This document shows, piece after piece, positions 8,940 through 18,825 of a stretch of DNA of 64,000 nucleotides (positions within the stretch are counted from its first letter, which is position 1; each line of letters starts with the position of its first letter). Where the stretch lies: the IMG/VR virus record IMGVR_UViG_3300013117_000027; one strand, written 5' to 3'. The translations under genes and the position numbers were made by a program. The notes under the pieces are model-generated. The model was not told the DNA's origin. It was given only the letters and a program-made list of their open reading frames with translations, and made no database searches. Origin of the DNA: a virus.

Positions 8940-9091
8940 TGAAAGAATTCCCTAAAGGACTAGACGGACTTTTTTCTCAACGCAAAGGTTCAGAAATAGA
9001 AAGAAAGACAGGAGGAAAATCCTGGAACTTCGATAAATGTTCTAACCATGGTAAGACAAAAAAAGCACCGATGAAAAAACGTAAAAAATAA
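8939..9091 (+). CDS. Small basic hypothetical protein (50 aa)
   Basis: TAATG-coupled start, Lys-rich. Confidence 0.5.
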   Translation: MKEFPKGLDGLFSQRKGSEIERKTGGKSWNFDKCSNHGKTKKAPMKKRKK

Positions 9092-9092
9092 C

Positions 9093-9121
9093 TTGACATT
9101 CTTAGACGAATGAGGTATATT
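9093..9121 (+). promoter_or_regulatory. sigma70-type promoter upstream of nrdJ
   Basis: TTGACA-N17(..AATGAGG)-TATATT. Confidence 0.8.
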
Positions 9122-9179
9122 ATACATGTCAAAAAGAGGCTCTCTTAGAAGAGCCTTTTCTATCTAAACAGGAGACTAA

Positions 9180-11535
9180 ATGAAAAAAAATAAAGAGACT
9201 TTATCAAGAGATATCTTATCAGATATAACTGTCTATGGAAAGTACGGAAAGTATCTTCCGTTAAAAAGGACAAGAGAACAATGGTCAGATATAACTTTAC
9301 GAAATATGGAGATGCATACAAAGAAGTATCCTCATTTAGCAAACGAAATAGCAGAAGCTTACTCGTACGTATTATCAAAGAATGTATTCCCTTCTATGAG
9401 AGCATTAGAAGATTCGACCCCTATTAAGACTAAGAAAGGATGGTCTACAGCTGGAAATATTAAGATTGGAGATGTATTATATTCTTCAGACGGATTAGAA
9501 ACAAATGTTATTGGTGTTCGTAAATTTAAGAATAAACAACTATTTAAAGTTAGTTTTTCGGACAAATCATCATTAACAGCATGTGATGAACATTTATGGA
9601 TTATATCTACTAATGATGATTTAAAAAATAATAAGACACGAGTTGTAGACACGAAATATTTAAGAACACATTTAAAGCAAGGTTCTAAAAATAATATAGT
9701 TATACATAATCCTAATCCTATTCATATGGAAGAAAAAAAGTTATATATTGATCCGTATATTTTAGGACATTGGTTAGGAGATGGATATTCAAATGGTGTT
9801 CAATTATCTACAAGTGTTGAAGATGCTGAATTTATTACAAATGAGTATAAACTTGCTGGATATAACACTATACCTTCTGATTCGTCAAATATATGGACAC
9901 ACTCTGTATATGGATTAAAATGTGATCTAACTAAGTATAATCTTATTAATAATAAACATATACCTGATGATTATATTAACTCTTCTATTAGACAACGATT
10001 AGATATTATACAAGGTTTGATGGACAGTGACGGTCATATTACACCAGATGGTAGATGTTGTTTTCATAATACTAACATGTCTATAATTAATGGGTTAAAA
10101 GAGATACTAGCTAGTTTAGGAATTAAATATACTAGTGTAACAGTTCCTAAAAAACGAGAACACCATAAAGATGCAATTGTTATATCATTCTTTACTACTT
10201 TACAAGTATCTAGAATGCCTAGAAAATCTAAACATATCAGATCAGTAATCACAAATCCAAGAACACAAAGACGACATATTATAGATATAGAGTCTGTCGG
10301 AGTTGGTAATGCGTCTTGTTTTCATGTTGACTCACATGATCATAGTTTTCTTGCCGGAAAAAGAATGATAACAACACATAATAGTATGCAGTTCGGTGGA
10401 CTTCCTATAGAGTTGTCACCTAACAGAATGTTCAACTGCTATAAAAAATCTACAAGATTTATAACAAAAAACGGGGTATCTTCATTTGAAGACTTTGAAC
10501 ATGGAGATAAGATAATTGTTCCATCACATACTGGTAAGATGCAGAATGCTATAGTAAGATCATATGGTACGCAAACTTTTAATAAAGTTACTCTTGTAAG
10601 AGCAAAAGTTAAAAAAGAATTAGAAGTAACTTCTGATCATAAATGGCTACTAAGAGATGGTACAGAGACAACTAATCTTAAAAAAGGAGATGTGATCCTT
10701 GGTTCACCAAAAATATTTCAGAATTTTTCTTGGGTAGAAGCATCTCCAATGGAAAAATTATATTGGTGTTATGGATTCGTGTATGGTGATGGAACCAGGG
10801 TTACTTCTGGTAATAATAAGTATTCTATGGTAAGGTTATGCGGAGATGACTTTAAGTACTTACCTAGATTTAAAGAGATGGGCTTTAAATCATCAGAACC
10901 TAATAGTTGCAATGGTGATACGATAGTGTATACAGGGAAGTATCAAAAGACATCTCCAAACCCAGATATAGATGATCATAATATGATAAAAGCATTTGTT
11001 GTTGGTTATTTAGACGCAGACGGTTCAAAAAATCCAGATTGGTATATAAATAATGATCTTAGTCCATATAAATCTATCCAATCATCTGAAAAAGATCACA
11101 TAAAGTTTATAGAACAATGTTTTGAGTCTGTAGGGTTTTATATAACATCAGAAAAAGATTTAACTGGTCAGAAAACTAATTACGGGACGAGACCTTTTAC
11201 AAAGACATTTAGATTAAGTACAAAAGTTGGAACAACTAATATAAATAATCATTGGGTAGTAGAATCGATAGTTCCATCCATAAGTAAAGATACAGCATGG
11301 TGTCTCGAAGTAGAAGAAGATCATAGTTTTATCTTATCCGGAGGTATAGTGACAGGTAACTGTAGCACATTAGCCTGTGATAATATAGCATCCTTTAATG
11401 AAGCTATGTTTTTACTACTAGGAGGATCTGGCGTTGGTGTAAGTGTACAAAAGCACCATGTTGAAGAGTTGCCAGAATTAACAGGACCAAAGAAACGACA
11501 ACGAAGGTACTTGGTATCAGACTCAATCGAAGGAT
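9180..11535 (+). CDS. nrdJ: Class II (adenosylcobalamin) ribonucleotide reductase, exon 1 (contains two inteins)
   Basis: REQWSDITLRN, VFPSMR|SMQFGG, MFN|CS, MFLLLGGSGVGVSV, DSIEG(W) motifs of monomeric RTPR-type enzymes. Confidence 0.9.
9402..10382 (+). mobile_element. Intein 1 of NrdJ (327 aa), Ala-initiated class 3 intein with LAGLIDADG endonuclease
   Basis: Starts ALEDSTPI, block B ACDEHLW, block F ASCFHVD, ends ITTHN|S; LGHWLGDG and QGLMDSDG. Confidence 0.9.
10437..11360 (+). mobile_element. Intein 2 of NrdJ (308 aa) with LAGLIDADG endonuclease, inserted before the active-site Cys
   Basis: Starts CYKKSTRF, TSDHKW, YGFVYGDG/GYLDADG, ends IVTGN|C. Confidence 0.9.
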
Positions 11536-12503
11536 AAAATAGCCTGTCCTTTTAAAAGCCATTTAACTGCTGGGACGCCCTTAGAGCTATTCTTACTACA
11601 ACATATCCCGTTAAGGGAAGGTGTGAACGTTTAAAAAAAGAGTAGATTGGGTAATCAGCATCTAAGTTCCAATAGTAAGGAGTAAAATGCTAACTGGAAA
11701 AAGATCATCGACTATCTCGAAAGAGAGTACTCATGATACTAAGACAATTCATGAGGAAAAGGTGGCATCATTCTATTTCTATATACTAAAAGATCCAAGA
11801 GATGGACTGATAAAGTATGTAGGAAGAACAATAGACCTAACGTCTAGATATAGACAACATATATACGAGTCTAAGAAGAATAAAAGAACAAAGAAAGACC
11901 GATGGATAGTTTCGTTACTAAGACGAAACATGAAACCTATAATGCGTAAGATATATGCTAAAGAATGTACATTAATTGAAGCTATCAATATAGAAGCTTT
12001 ACTAGTTAAATCTTTTGGTAAAAGGTATACTCTTAAGAATATGCCAGATAATTATCTTGGTACAGTGTTAACAGGTACTCCTGTATATCAGTACACTTTA
12101 GATGGTAAATATGTGTGTAGACATTCTAACTCTAATCAAGCTATGATATCTACAGGCATAAAAGATTGTAATATCCTACGGTGTTGTAAGAATCAGAACG
12201 GTTATGGTTCTAAGACAGCAGGAGACCACTTTTGGTCTTTTATAAAGTACGACACTTATCCACATAAGTATGTTTCTGACTGGAGAAATCGTAAAGGAAA
12301 AACTGTTGTTCAATATTCTATAGATAATACACGTATAAGTGAATTTACTACTGCTCGCGAAGCTGAACGTCAGACTGGTGTATCTTATAAAAAGATATCA
12401 TCTGTGTGTAATAAAAGGCAGAAGAGTGCTGGTGGATTTATATGGTCTTTTAAGAATGATAAGATATAGTCAGACATGTATAGAAATATACATGAGAGCG
12501 TCG
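11536..12503 (+). ncRNA. Group I self-splicing intron (968 nt) in nrdJ
   Basis: Exon AAGGAU pairs with IGS GUCCUU (11546-51); P7 GACUA 11710 / UAGUC 12467; S element AAGAUAUAGUC; P8 AUCAUUCU/AGAAUGAU; P9 hairpin; terminal G 12503; splicing restores DSIEG-W-ADAVK. Confidence 0.92.
11687..12469 (+). CDS. Intron-encoded GIY-YIG homing endonuclease with two NUMOD1-like DNA-binding repeats
   Basis: FYFYILKDP..IKYVGRT; VYQYTLDG.. and VVQYSID..EFTTAREAERQTG..SAGGFIWSF. Confidence 0.85.
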   Translation: MLTGKRSSTISKESTHDTKTIHEEKVASFYFYILKDPRDGLIKYVGRTIDLTSRYRQHIYESKKNKRTKKDRWIVSLLRRNMKPIMRKIYAKECTLIEAINIEALLVKSFGKRYTLKNMPDNYLGTVLTGTPVYQYTLDGKYVCRHSNSNQAMISTGIKDCNILRCCKNQNGYGSKTAGDHFWSFIKYDTYPHKYVSDWRNRKGKTVVQYSIDNTRISEFTTAREAERQTGVSYKKISSVCNKRQKSAGGFIWSFKNDKI

Positions 12504-13939
12504 GGGCAGACGCTGTAAAAATGTTAATAGAATCGTATTTTCATAACAAGTCAAATGTGGTATTTGACTATAGAGATATAAGACCTAAAGGTTCTTTGCT
12601 TGTTACCTCAGGAGGAAAAGCTCCAGGGCCACAACCATTAAAAGATTGTATACATAATATAAGAAAAGTACTAGATAATGCTATAGAATCAAGAGGTAGA
12701 GGGACATCGTTAACTACATTAGAAACTCATGATATAATATGTTTCATAGCCTACTCAGTTCTTTCAGGAGGCATTCGTAGAGCTGCTATTATAAGTTTAT
12801 TTAGTATAGATGATAACGATATGATGAACTGCAAAAATAGGTCTATTCTAGAGACAGAACCTCAGAGAATGTTAGCTAATAACAGTGTTGTACTTGTAAG
12901 ACATAAGATTACTAAGAAAGACTTTTATAATGTATGGGAAAGAGTGAAACAATCAGGCTGTGGAGAACCAGGTATATATCTTACTAATGATAAGAATATA
13001 ATACCAAATCCTTGTGTAGAAGCAACTATGCCACCTAACACATTCTGTAATCTTACAACAATAAACGTGTCAGATGTTAAAGATCAGAAAGATCTTAATG
13101 CACGGACTAAATCTGCCTCATTTATAGGAACGTTACAAGCTGGGTATACAGATTTCCATTATCTTAGATCTATATGGAAAAAGAATACAGATAAACAAGC
13201 CTTGTTAGGAGTTTCTATGACAGGAATAGGTTCAGGAGCAGTTCTTGATCTAGATCTTAAAGAAGCGGCTAATGTAGCAGTAGAAGAGAATAAGAGGGTA
13301 GCTAAATTAATAGGAATAAATCCTGCATACAGAGTAACTTTAGTTAAACCTGAAGGTACATCATCTTGTGTAGCGGGATCAGCGTCAGGTATTCATGCGT
13401 GGCACGCACCTTACTTCATTAGAAGAATAAGACTAGGAAAAGATGAAGTACTCTATTCTTACCTTAAGAGTAAGATACCTCACTTAATAGAAGATGAATA
13501 CTTTAATCCTAATAAACAAGCTGTTATTTCTATACCAGTAAAAGCTCCAGAAGGTTCTATACTCAGAACAGAAAAACCTTTAAAGTTATTAGGAAGAGTA
13601 AAACGTTTTCACGATGAATGGATAAGACCCGGACATATAAAAGGTATTAACACTTATAATGTAAGTGTAACAGTATCTATTAAAGATGATGAGTGGGATG
13701 AAGTAGGCAAGTGGATGTGGGAGAATAAAGAATCTTATAACGGCATAAGTGTTCTGAACTACGATGGTGGTACTTATATACAGGCTCCTTTCAAAGAATG
13801 TACTAAAGACGAATACTATTCTCTTCTAGATCATGTTAAAAGTATAGACTTATCAGAGATAGTAGAAGAACAAGATACTACAAATCTTAAAGGTGAGGTA
13901 GCGTGTGGTGGGGCTGGATGTGAGATCCAGAATATATAG
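12504..13939 (+). CDS. nrdJ: Class II ribonucleotide reductase, exon 2 (mature enzyme ~628 aa after RNA and protein splicing)
   Basis: GGIRRAA, GEPG, NPCVE (thiyl Cys), FCNLT, VKPEGT, C-terminal CGGAGC. Confidence 0.92.
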
Positions 13940-13947
13940 AGGTTATC

Positions 13948-14292
13948 ATGAATTTAAGAATACTCGATGAAGATATGAGATATGAGAAGAGACTTTCAAA
14001 GTCTCTCTCAGGAATGAAGAAAGAACTAGGTTTCGGTGCTAAGAAAAAGATGAGAGAACGTATACGTCAGACATGGTCTGGGTATGTGACGAAGTACGAA
14101 GACGTTCCTGTCACAGATGAGATACTAGAAGAGATAGCCGACGACTTAGGACAGGTCATAAGTAAGTACAAAGGAATAGATGTAGGAATAAAAGTTTTAA
14201 GAGAAGGATCCAAGTTTGTCATAGAACCTACTAACTATGAGACTTGGGAGTTCTTAGACGAAATATACAAGGAGACTAAAAATGAAAGCTAA
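13948..14292 (+). CDS. Hypothetical protein
   Basis: ORF with SD, in operon. Confidence 0.7.
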   Translation: MNLRILDEDMRYEKRLSKSLSGMKKELGFGAKKKMRERIRQTWSGYVTKYEDVPVTDEILEEIADDLGQVISKYKGIDVGIKVLREGSKFVIEPTNYETWEFLDEIYKETKNES

Positions 14293-14581
14293 TAAGGCAG
14301 AGATCCACGTAGGTAAGAATCCAGCTGAGTGCCATCTTATCATAGATGGTAAAGAAGTTAAGAACGTTGTAGAGATAAAACTCTCGTTAGACGTCGAAAA
14401 TGGACCTATCTTACGTTACTACACTACAGTAGGTGGAGTTAAAGAGAATGTACACGATGTTGACTTTGATATCGTGGTAGATCATGAAAAAAGAGAACGA
14501 CAGTTTCAGCAAATTGAAGCAGAACAGAAACGAATATTAACAGTTAAAGAAGGTAAAGATGGCAAAAGATATTTCTCCTAA
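14282..14581 (+). CDS. Hypothetical protein
   Basis: ORF with AAGGAG SD, in operon. Confidence 0.7.
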   Translation: MKANKAEIHVGKNPAECHLIIDGKEVKNVVEIKLSLDVENGPILRYYTTVGGVKENVHDVDFDIVVDHEKRERQFQQIEAEQKRILTVKEGKDGKRYFS

Positions 14582-15119
14582 GCTTTTGATAGAAAGACTA
14601 GAGAATGGTATACTTCCAGAGAAACCAGGAGTACCAACTGATAGTGGATACGATTTATACGCATGTGATGTTAAACGTATATATGCTCACACAGGTAGTA
14701 ATGGTGAAAGACTCTTAGAAGGTGAATGGATGGAACAAAAGTTTTCAGAACCTGGAGTGTTCGAGTTGCAATGCAACGAACGTGCTCTGATAGGAACAGG
14801 TATAAAAGCTACCATAGGTCCAGGGTATGAACTACAGATAAGACCTCGTAGTTCTCTAGCTCTTAAGAGAGGTTTAACTACAGCTAATAATCCTGGTACG
14901 GTAGACGAACAGTATAGAGGTGAGATATGTGTTATCATTTTAAACACTTCTAGAAAGTCACAGACGATAGAGTTAGGAGAAAGAATAGCACAGTTAGTAC
15001 CTGCTCTGGTATTACTTCCTGAGATAGAAGAGAGAGTATTACCAGCTACAAAAAGAGGCGATGGCGGATTCGGTTCCACTGACCAGAAGAAAGAAAAACC
15101 GTTTAATGTTGCTCAATAA
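14559..15119 (+). CDS. dut: Trimeric dUTPase
   Basis: SGYDLYA, QIRPRSSLA, NNPGTVDEQYRGE, RIAQLV, RGDGGFGST motifs. Confidence 0.95.
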   Translation: MAKDISPKLLIERLENGILPEKPGVPTDSGYDLYACDVKRIYAHTGSNGERLLEGEWMEQKFSEPGVFELQCNERALIGTGIKATIGPGYELQIRPRSSLALKRGLTTANNPGTVDEQYRGEICVIILNTSRKSQTIELGERIAQLVPALVLLPEIEERVLPATKRGDGGFGSTDQKKEKPFNVAQ

Positions 15120-15173
15120 CCTATACTAAGAACACAAGTCCTCATTAGAGGGCTTACTTTTAATGGAGGAAAT

Positions 15174-15644
15174 ATGCCAGATATTAATATTACAACTAAC
15201 CTTAGTATTACAGGAACTAAACTGTCCATAGATTCTAAGGATATTACAAAGAAAGAAAAAGTCGTAGGTATCTCGTTATACGCTACATCACCACATAAAG
15301 ATGATAAAGATTCACTTGGTTACATTAGTGTAGATGTTACGACTGTAGACGAAGAAGGGACTGTAGAGACTAAGTCTTATAGAAAAAGTCAGTACCTACA
15401 GAACAAACTTCCACTAGGAAAGATATTAAAAGATTGTTATAAAGACGATAAAGCGTTAACGTATATTGGCAATGATGTTCCAATTGTATTTGCTCAGTTA
15501 ATTGATAAAATCATAGAACATTGTGACGCTAATAAAATAAAGTGTCCTGATAAAGAAGTTCTTTATCAACGCACACTAAGTAGCTTAAAAGATAAAGCTA
15601 CCGACTTAGGTATAGAAAAGGTGGTCATAGATGGCGACAAGTAA
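15174..15644 (+). CDS. Hypothetical protein
   Basis: ORF with GGAGG SD. Confidence 0.7.
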   Translation: MPDINITTNLSITGTKLSIDSKDITKKEKVVGISLYATSPHKDDKDSLGYISVDVTTVDEEGTVETKSYRKSQYLQNKLPLGKILKDCYKDDKALTYIGNDVPIVFAQLIDKIIEHCDANKIKCPDKEVLYQRTLSSLKDKATDLGIEKVVIDGDK

Positions 15645-15813
15645 TGTACAAACAACTATTGTCGGAGATTACGGAACACTTTTTAACGGTTTTCCACCTA
15701 ACTCAGGCAAGAAGAACGGTTATCCTTTCAAACAAGGAAAACAAACCGGCCCTATTAAAAAGAAACAGGGCAAAAGTCCATACCCAAATGGCACTTCGAA
15801 GAAATCGAAGTAG
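15631..15813 (+). CDS. Small Lys/Gly/Pro-rich protein
   Basis: Overlapping ORF followed by a terminator. Confidence 0.5.
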   Translation: MATSNVQTTIVGDYGTLFNGFPPNSGKKNGYPFKQGKQTGPIKKKQGKSPYPNGTSKKSK

Positions 15814-15846
15814 ATAGTCTCCTCCATTTAATCTCTCCTGTGATAT

Positions 15847-15881
15847 AGAGTGTGTCATCCTTTGACATGCTCTTTTTTTTT
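15847..15881 (+). terminator. Intrinsic terminator
   Basis: AGAGTGTGTCA-TCCTT-TGACATGCTCT followed by a T run. Confidence 0.85.
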
Positions 15882-15936
15882 GCCTTAACAATACTATTTG
15901 GCTATACTATATTTGGATGGTTATCAAGGAGACAAT

Positions 15937-16428
15937 ATGCCATGTTTAATTTGTAGGAAAGAAGCAGAAGATAAGCTATGTCCAAGACATGCAAAGAAAT
16001 ACATGTGGGACGAACGTCTTAAAGGTATTAGATTAAGAAAACGTGGTGCGGGTTCGCGGTATACTAAGGCTAAGTATCATAAGACTGAGATAGGACTTAC
16101 AAAGATAGTAGAAAAGATTTATAGTAAGGACCGAGTTGTTACAGCTTGGCATCCTATGTGGGCTAAGAATAGAAAAGGCGTTCTCTACGAATTCGACATA
16201 TATGTTCCTGAAAAGAAATTACTAATAGAATACAATGGTGCACAGCACTATAAGTATACTCCGTTTTTCCACAAGACAAAGAAAGCTTTTCAAAAGCAAA
16301 AGACTAGGGATAGAACTAAGAAACGGATGGCTGAACGAAATGGGTATACACTAGTGATCGTTAAGTATGATGAACCTATCATGTACGATTACATTAAAAC
16401 TAAATTAGGAGATAATAATGGCAATTAG
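15937..16428 (+). CDS. Vsr/DUF559-like PD-(D/E)XK endonuclease, possibly a free-standing homing endonuclease
   Basis: YEFDIYVPEKKLLIEYNGAQHY...RDRTKKRMAERNGYTLVIVKY; ATG 15937 after AAGGAG. Confidence 0.8.
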   Translation: MPCLICRKEAEDKLCPRHAKKYMWDERLKGIRLRKRGAGSRYTKAKYHKTEIGLTKIVEKIYSKDRVVTAWHPMWAKNRKGVLYEFDIYVPEKKLLIEYNGAQHYKYTPFFHKTKKAFQKQKTRDRTKKRMAERNGYTLVIVKYDEPIMYDYIKTKLGDNNGN

Positions 16429-17701
16429 AACAGATGCCGATCTAAGAGAATTATACTTCACAACAAGTGGAGTCTGGCCTGATAATGTAGTCGGAGACAT
16501 AAGTGCTGCTGATCTACGTGCAGGTGTCTTAGATACATATGATACGATAAATGATACTATAACTGACTCAGTCCAAGATTCTGACTTCTCGGCTGATGGT
16601 CTTATGGCGCGAAATGGTGCTGGTGTTTATTACACTATTCCTTCTGGTAACTTTAATACAGCATATGACCATTCACAAGCTACAGGTAACCCTCACAGTG
16701 TTACACCAGAACAAATTGGAGCTATTCCATCTGGTATTGTATCTGGAAAAGGTGAGCTACTTGTAGGTATTAATGCGAATGACGTAGGAGTACTTGCTTC
16801 AGGAGTCGACACATATGTACTTACCGCTGACAGCACAGAAGGTACAGGTTTAAAGTGGGGATCACCTGGTGGGATAACATCTCACGCAGCCACACACACT
16901 AACGGTGTAGACGATATACAAGATGCTACATCAGGACAAAAAGGTCTGATGACAACTGCGTACGCTACTAAGGTAGATGCTATAGAAGCAGGAGCTCAAG
17001 TTAACGTACAATCAGATTGGGACGCTTTATCAACAGAGACAAGTGGTATACTTAATAAACCTACTGTCCCTACAGTAGACGACACAGCATATAATGCCAC
17101 ATCGTGGAATGCTAACACAGATGCAGCAACAAAGAATGCTATACGTGATAAGATAAATGCTATGGACACATCTATAGGAACAGCTATCACACATGTAAGT
17201 AATAATGGTTCAGATCACTCATACATAGATCAAGATGTGACAACAGCAGGAAGTCCTACATTCGATAATCTTACAGCGACAAAAGATATTACTGCTAATA
17301 GTGGTGTACTTAATTCATTGAAGTTAGATAACATTAACTTAAACGGAAATACAATCTCAACAACAGGAAATCTTTTAGATGTACAAGGCGATATAGATGT
17401 TACGGGCGATTTAACTACAGCAGGTATCAATTGGACTAGTAGAGTAAGTGCGGTGGATAATAATTGGCTTGGTGTGACATATGGTAATGGATTATTTGTT
17501 GCCGTAGTAAGTACAAGTACAGGCAACATAGTAATGACTTCAGGTAAGAAGTTAGAAAACACTATATCTGACAATAATATCCACCAAGGTGATCACACTT
17601 TTACCGGTGACTTAGTAATGACTAATTTACCAACAAGTGACCCATTAGTTGCTGGTGCATTGTGGAATGATAGTGGAACCGTTAAAGTTAGTGCTGGATA
17701 A
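16418..17701 (+). CDS. Virion fibre-like structural protein
   Basis: T/D/G/A/N-rich; NPHSVT, KGELLVG, VLTADS, KLDNI, WLGVTYGNGLFVAV, LPTSDP..AGALWND fibre-type motifs. Confidence 0.7.
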   Translation: MAIRTDADLRELYFTTSGVWPDNVVGDISAADLRAGVLDTYDTINDTITDSVQDSDFSADGLMARNGAGVYYTIPSGNFNTAYDHSQATGNPHSVTPEQIGAIPSGIVSGKGELLVGINANDVGVLASGVDTYVLTADSTEGTGLKWGSPGGITSHAATHTNGVDDIQDATSGQKGLMTTAYATKVDAIEAGAQVNVQSDWDALSTETSGILNKPTVPTVDDTAYNATSWNANTDAATKNAIRDKINAMDTSIGTAITHVSNNGSDHSYIDQDVTTAGSPTFDNLTATKDITANSGVLNSLKLDNINLNGNTISTTGNLLDVQGDIDVTGDLTTAGINWTSRVSAVDNNWLGVTYGNGLFVAVVSTSTGNIVMTSGKKLENTISDNNIHQGDHTFTGDLVMTNLPTSDPLVAGALWNDSGTVKVSAG

Positions 17702-17756
17702 ATAAGGTAATATTACAATAGATAAGATGAATTTTCAACTTCATCAACTATAATAA

Positions 17757-17776
17757 TGTGGGCTTCGGCCCACTTC
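17757..17776 (+). terminator. Hairpin/terminator with a UUCG loop
   Basis: GTGGGC-TTCG-GCCCAC-TTCT. Confidence 0.75.
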
Positions 17777-17791
17777 TATAAGGAGATAATA

Positions 17792-17872
17792 ATGGCAATT
17801 AGAACAGATTCAGAACTTCGAGAGCTATACTTCACTAATAGTGGAGTCTGGCCAGACAATATAGGGGTGTAA
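17792..17872 (+). pseudogene. 26-codon truncated duplicate of the start of the 16418 gene
   Basis: MAIRTDSELRELYFTNSGVWPDNIGV* vs MAIRTDADLRELYFTTSGVWPDNVVG; same AGGAGATAATAATGGCAATTAGAACAGAT leader. Confidence 0.85.
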
Positions 17873-17873
17873 C

Positions 17874-18527
17874 ATGAGCGGATCTTTTTCTTCTGCCTTT
17901 TCATCAGCATTTAGTGTATATTCATCATTCGATATACTAACAACCGAGTTACCAGATGCTCGATTACTAAGTGAGTATAGTCAGCAGATAGAATCGACTG
18001 GAGGTTCTGGAACTATATTCAGTGTATACTCCGGTGTACTACCTTCAGGTCTAATCTTATCATCCGAAGGGTTAGTAAATGGTATACCAGAGGAATTAGG
18101 CAGTTCTGACTTTGCTATTTCTGGGATATATAATGGTTATAGTGATGTTTCGTACTATACTATATCTGTATTACAATTGTATAATTTATCAACATCGAGT
18201 CCATTCATAGGACTAGAAGGAAGGATATACTGTCCTTGTACTATGGGGATAACTGTTATGGGTGTACAAAATGATGTAGAGGATCCGAATATCACAGATG
18301 TTTATGTAACATTGAGCGGAAGTTTAGGGACTTACTATAAGTTTAACGCGGTTGTACCAATAGTTCTTGAGGCTAAGTTTAAGAGAGATGAACATATAGA
18401 TGTGGCAACAAGTGGAAATATTATTAATACAATAATAAACTACATAAAGAGAGGTGATCAATCACCTTTTATGACTGGACATCCGTCCAGAGTTATAAGA
18501 CCAGAGATAGGAAAATGGTATGAATAA
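17874..18527 (+). CDS. Structural protein: putative Ig-like domain plus a C-terminal domain paralogous to the 22371 gene
   Basis: ILTTELPDA..YSQQIE..GG..SVYSGVLPSGLILSSEGLVNGIP Ig-type repeat; C-terminal half aligns to 22371-22709. Confidence 0.65.
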   Translation: MSGSFSSAFSSAFSVYSSFDILTTELPDARLLSEYSQQIESTGGSGTIFSVYSGVLPSGLILSSEGLVNGIPEELGSSDFAISGIYNGYSDVSYYTISVLQLYNLSTSSPFIGLEGRIYCPCTMGITVMGVQNDVEDPNITDVYVTLSGSLGTYYKFNAVVPIVLEAKFKRDEHIDVATSGNIINTIINYIKRGDQSPFMTGHPSRVIRPEIGKWYE

Positions 18528-18825
18528 ATATATGTCGTGCTATGCGATGAGAGAAGATATTAAAGGAAAGTTGATATGTATACTACCTTATACAAACATT
18601 AGTGACCATGTTAACTTCTGGAAACTACAAGTCAGTAAAGAACAAAAAGTACACGCTGAAACTATACTTAAAACTCAAGATATATTTCTTAATGTAGATG
18701 TACTTAAAACTATAGATAGTTACTTCGAACAAGTGCCTACCGGTAAGATATTTGATCTTAGCGGTATGGGTCTAGAGATATTTGACTATGTTACATATAA
18801 AGACATAGAATTACCAGGAGAATAA
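18520..18825 (+). CDS. Hypothetical protein
   Basis: Overlapping ORF in operon. Confidence 0.6.
   Translation: MNKYMSCYAMREDIKGKLICILPYTNISDHVNFWKLQVSKEQKVHAETILKTQDIFLNVDVLKTIDSYFEQVPTGKIFDLSGMGLEIFDYVTYKDIELPGE

Noticed and set aside
12476-12503. Independent start of a second RNR subunit at ATG 12476
   Set aside because: This segment is intron P9; the coding sequence resumes at 12504 after splicing
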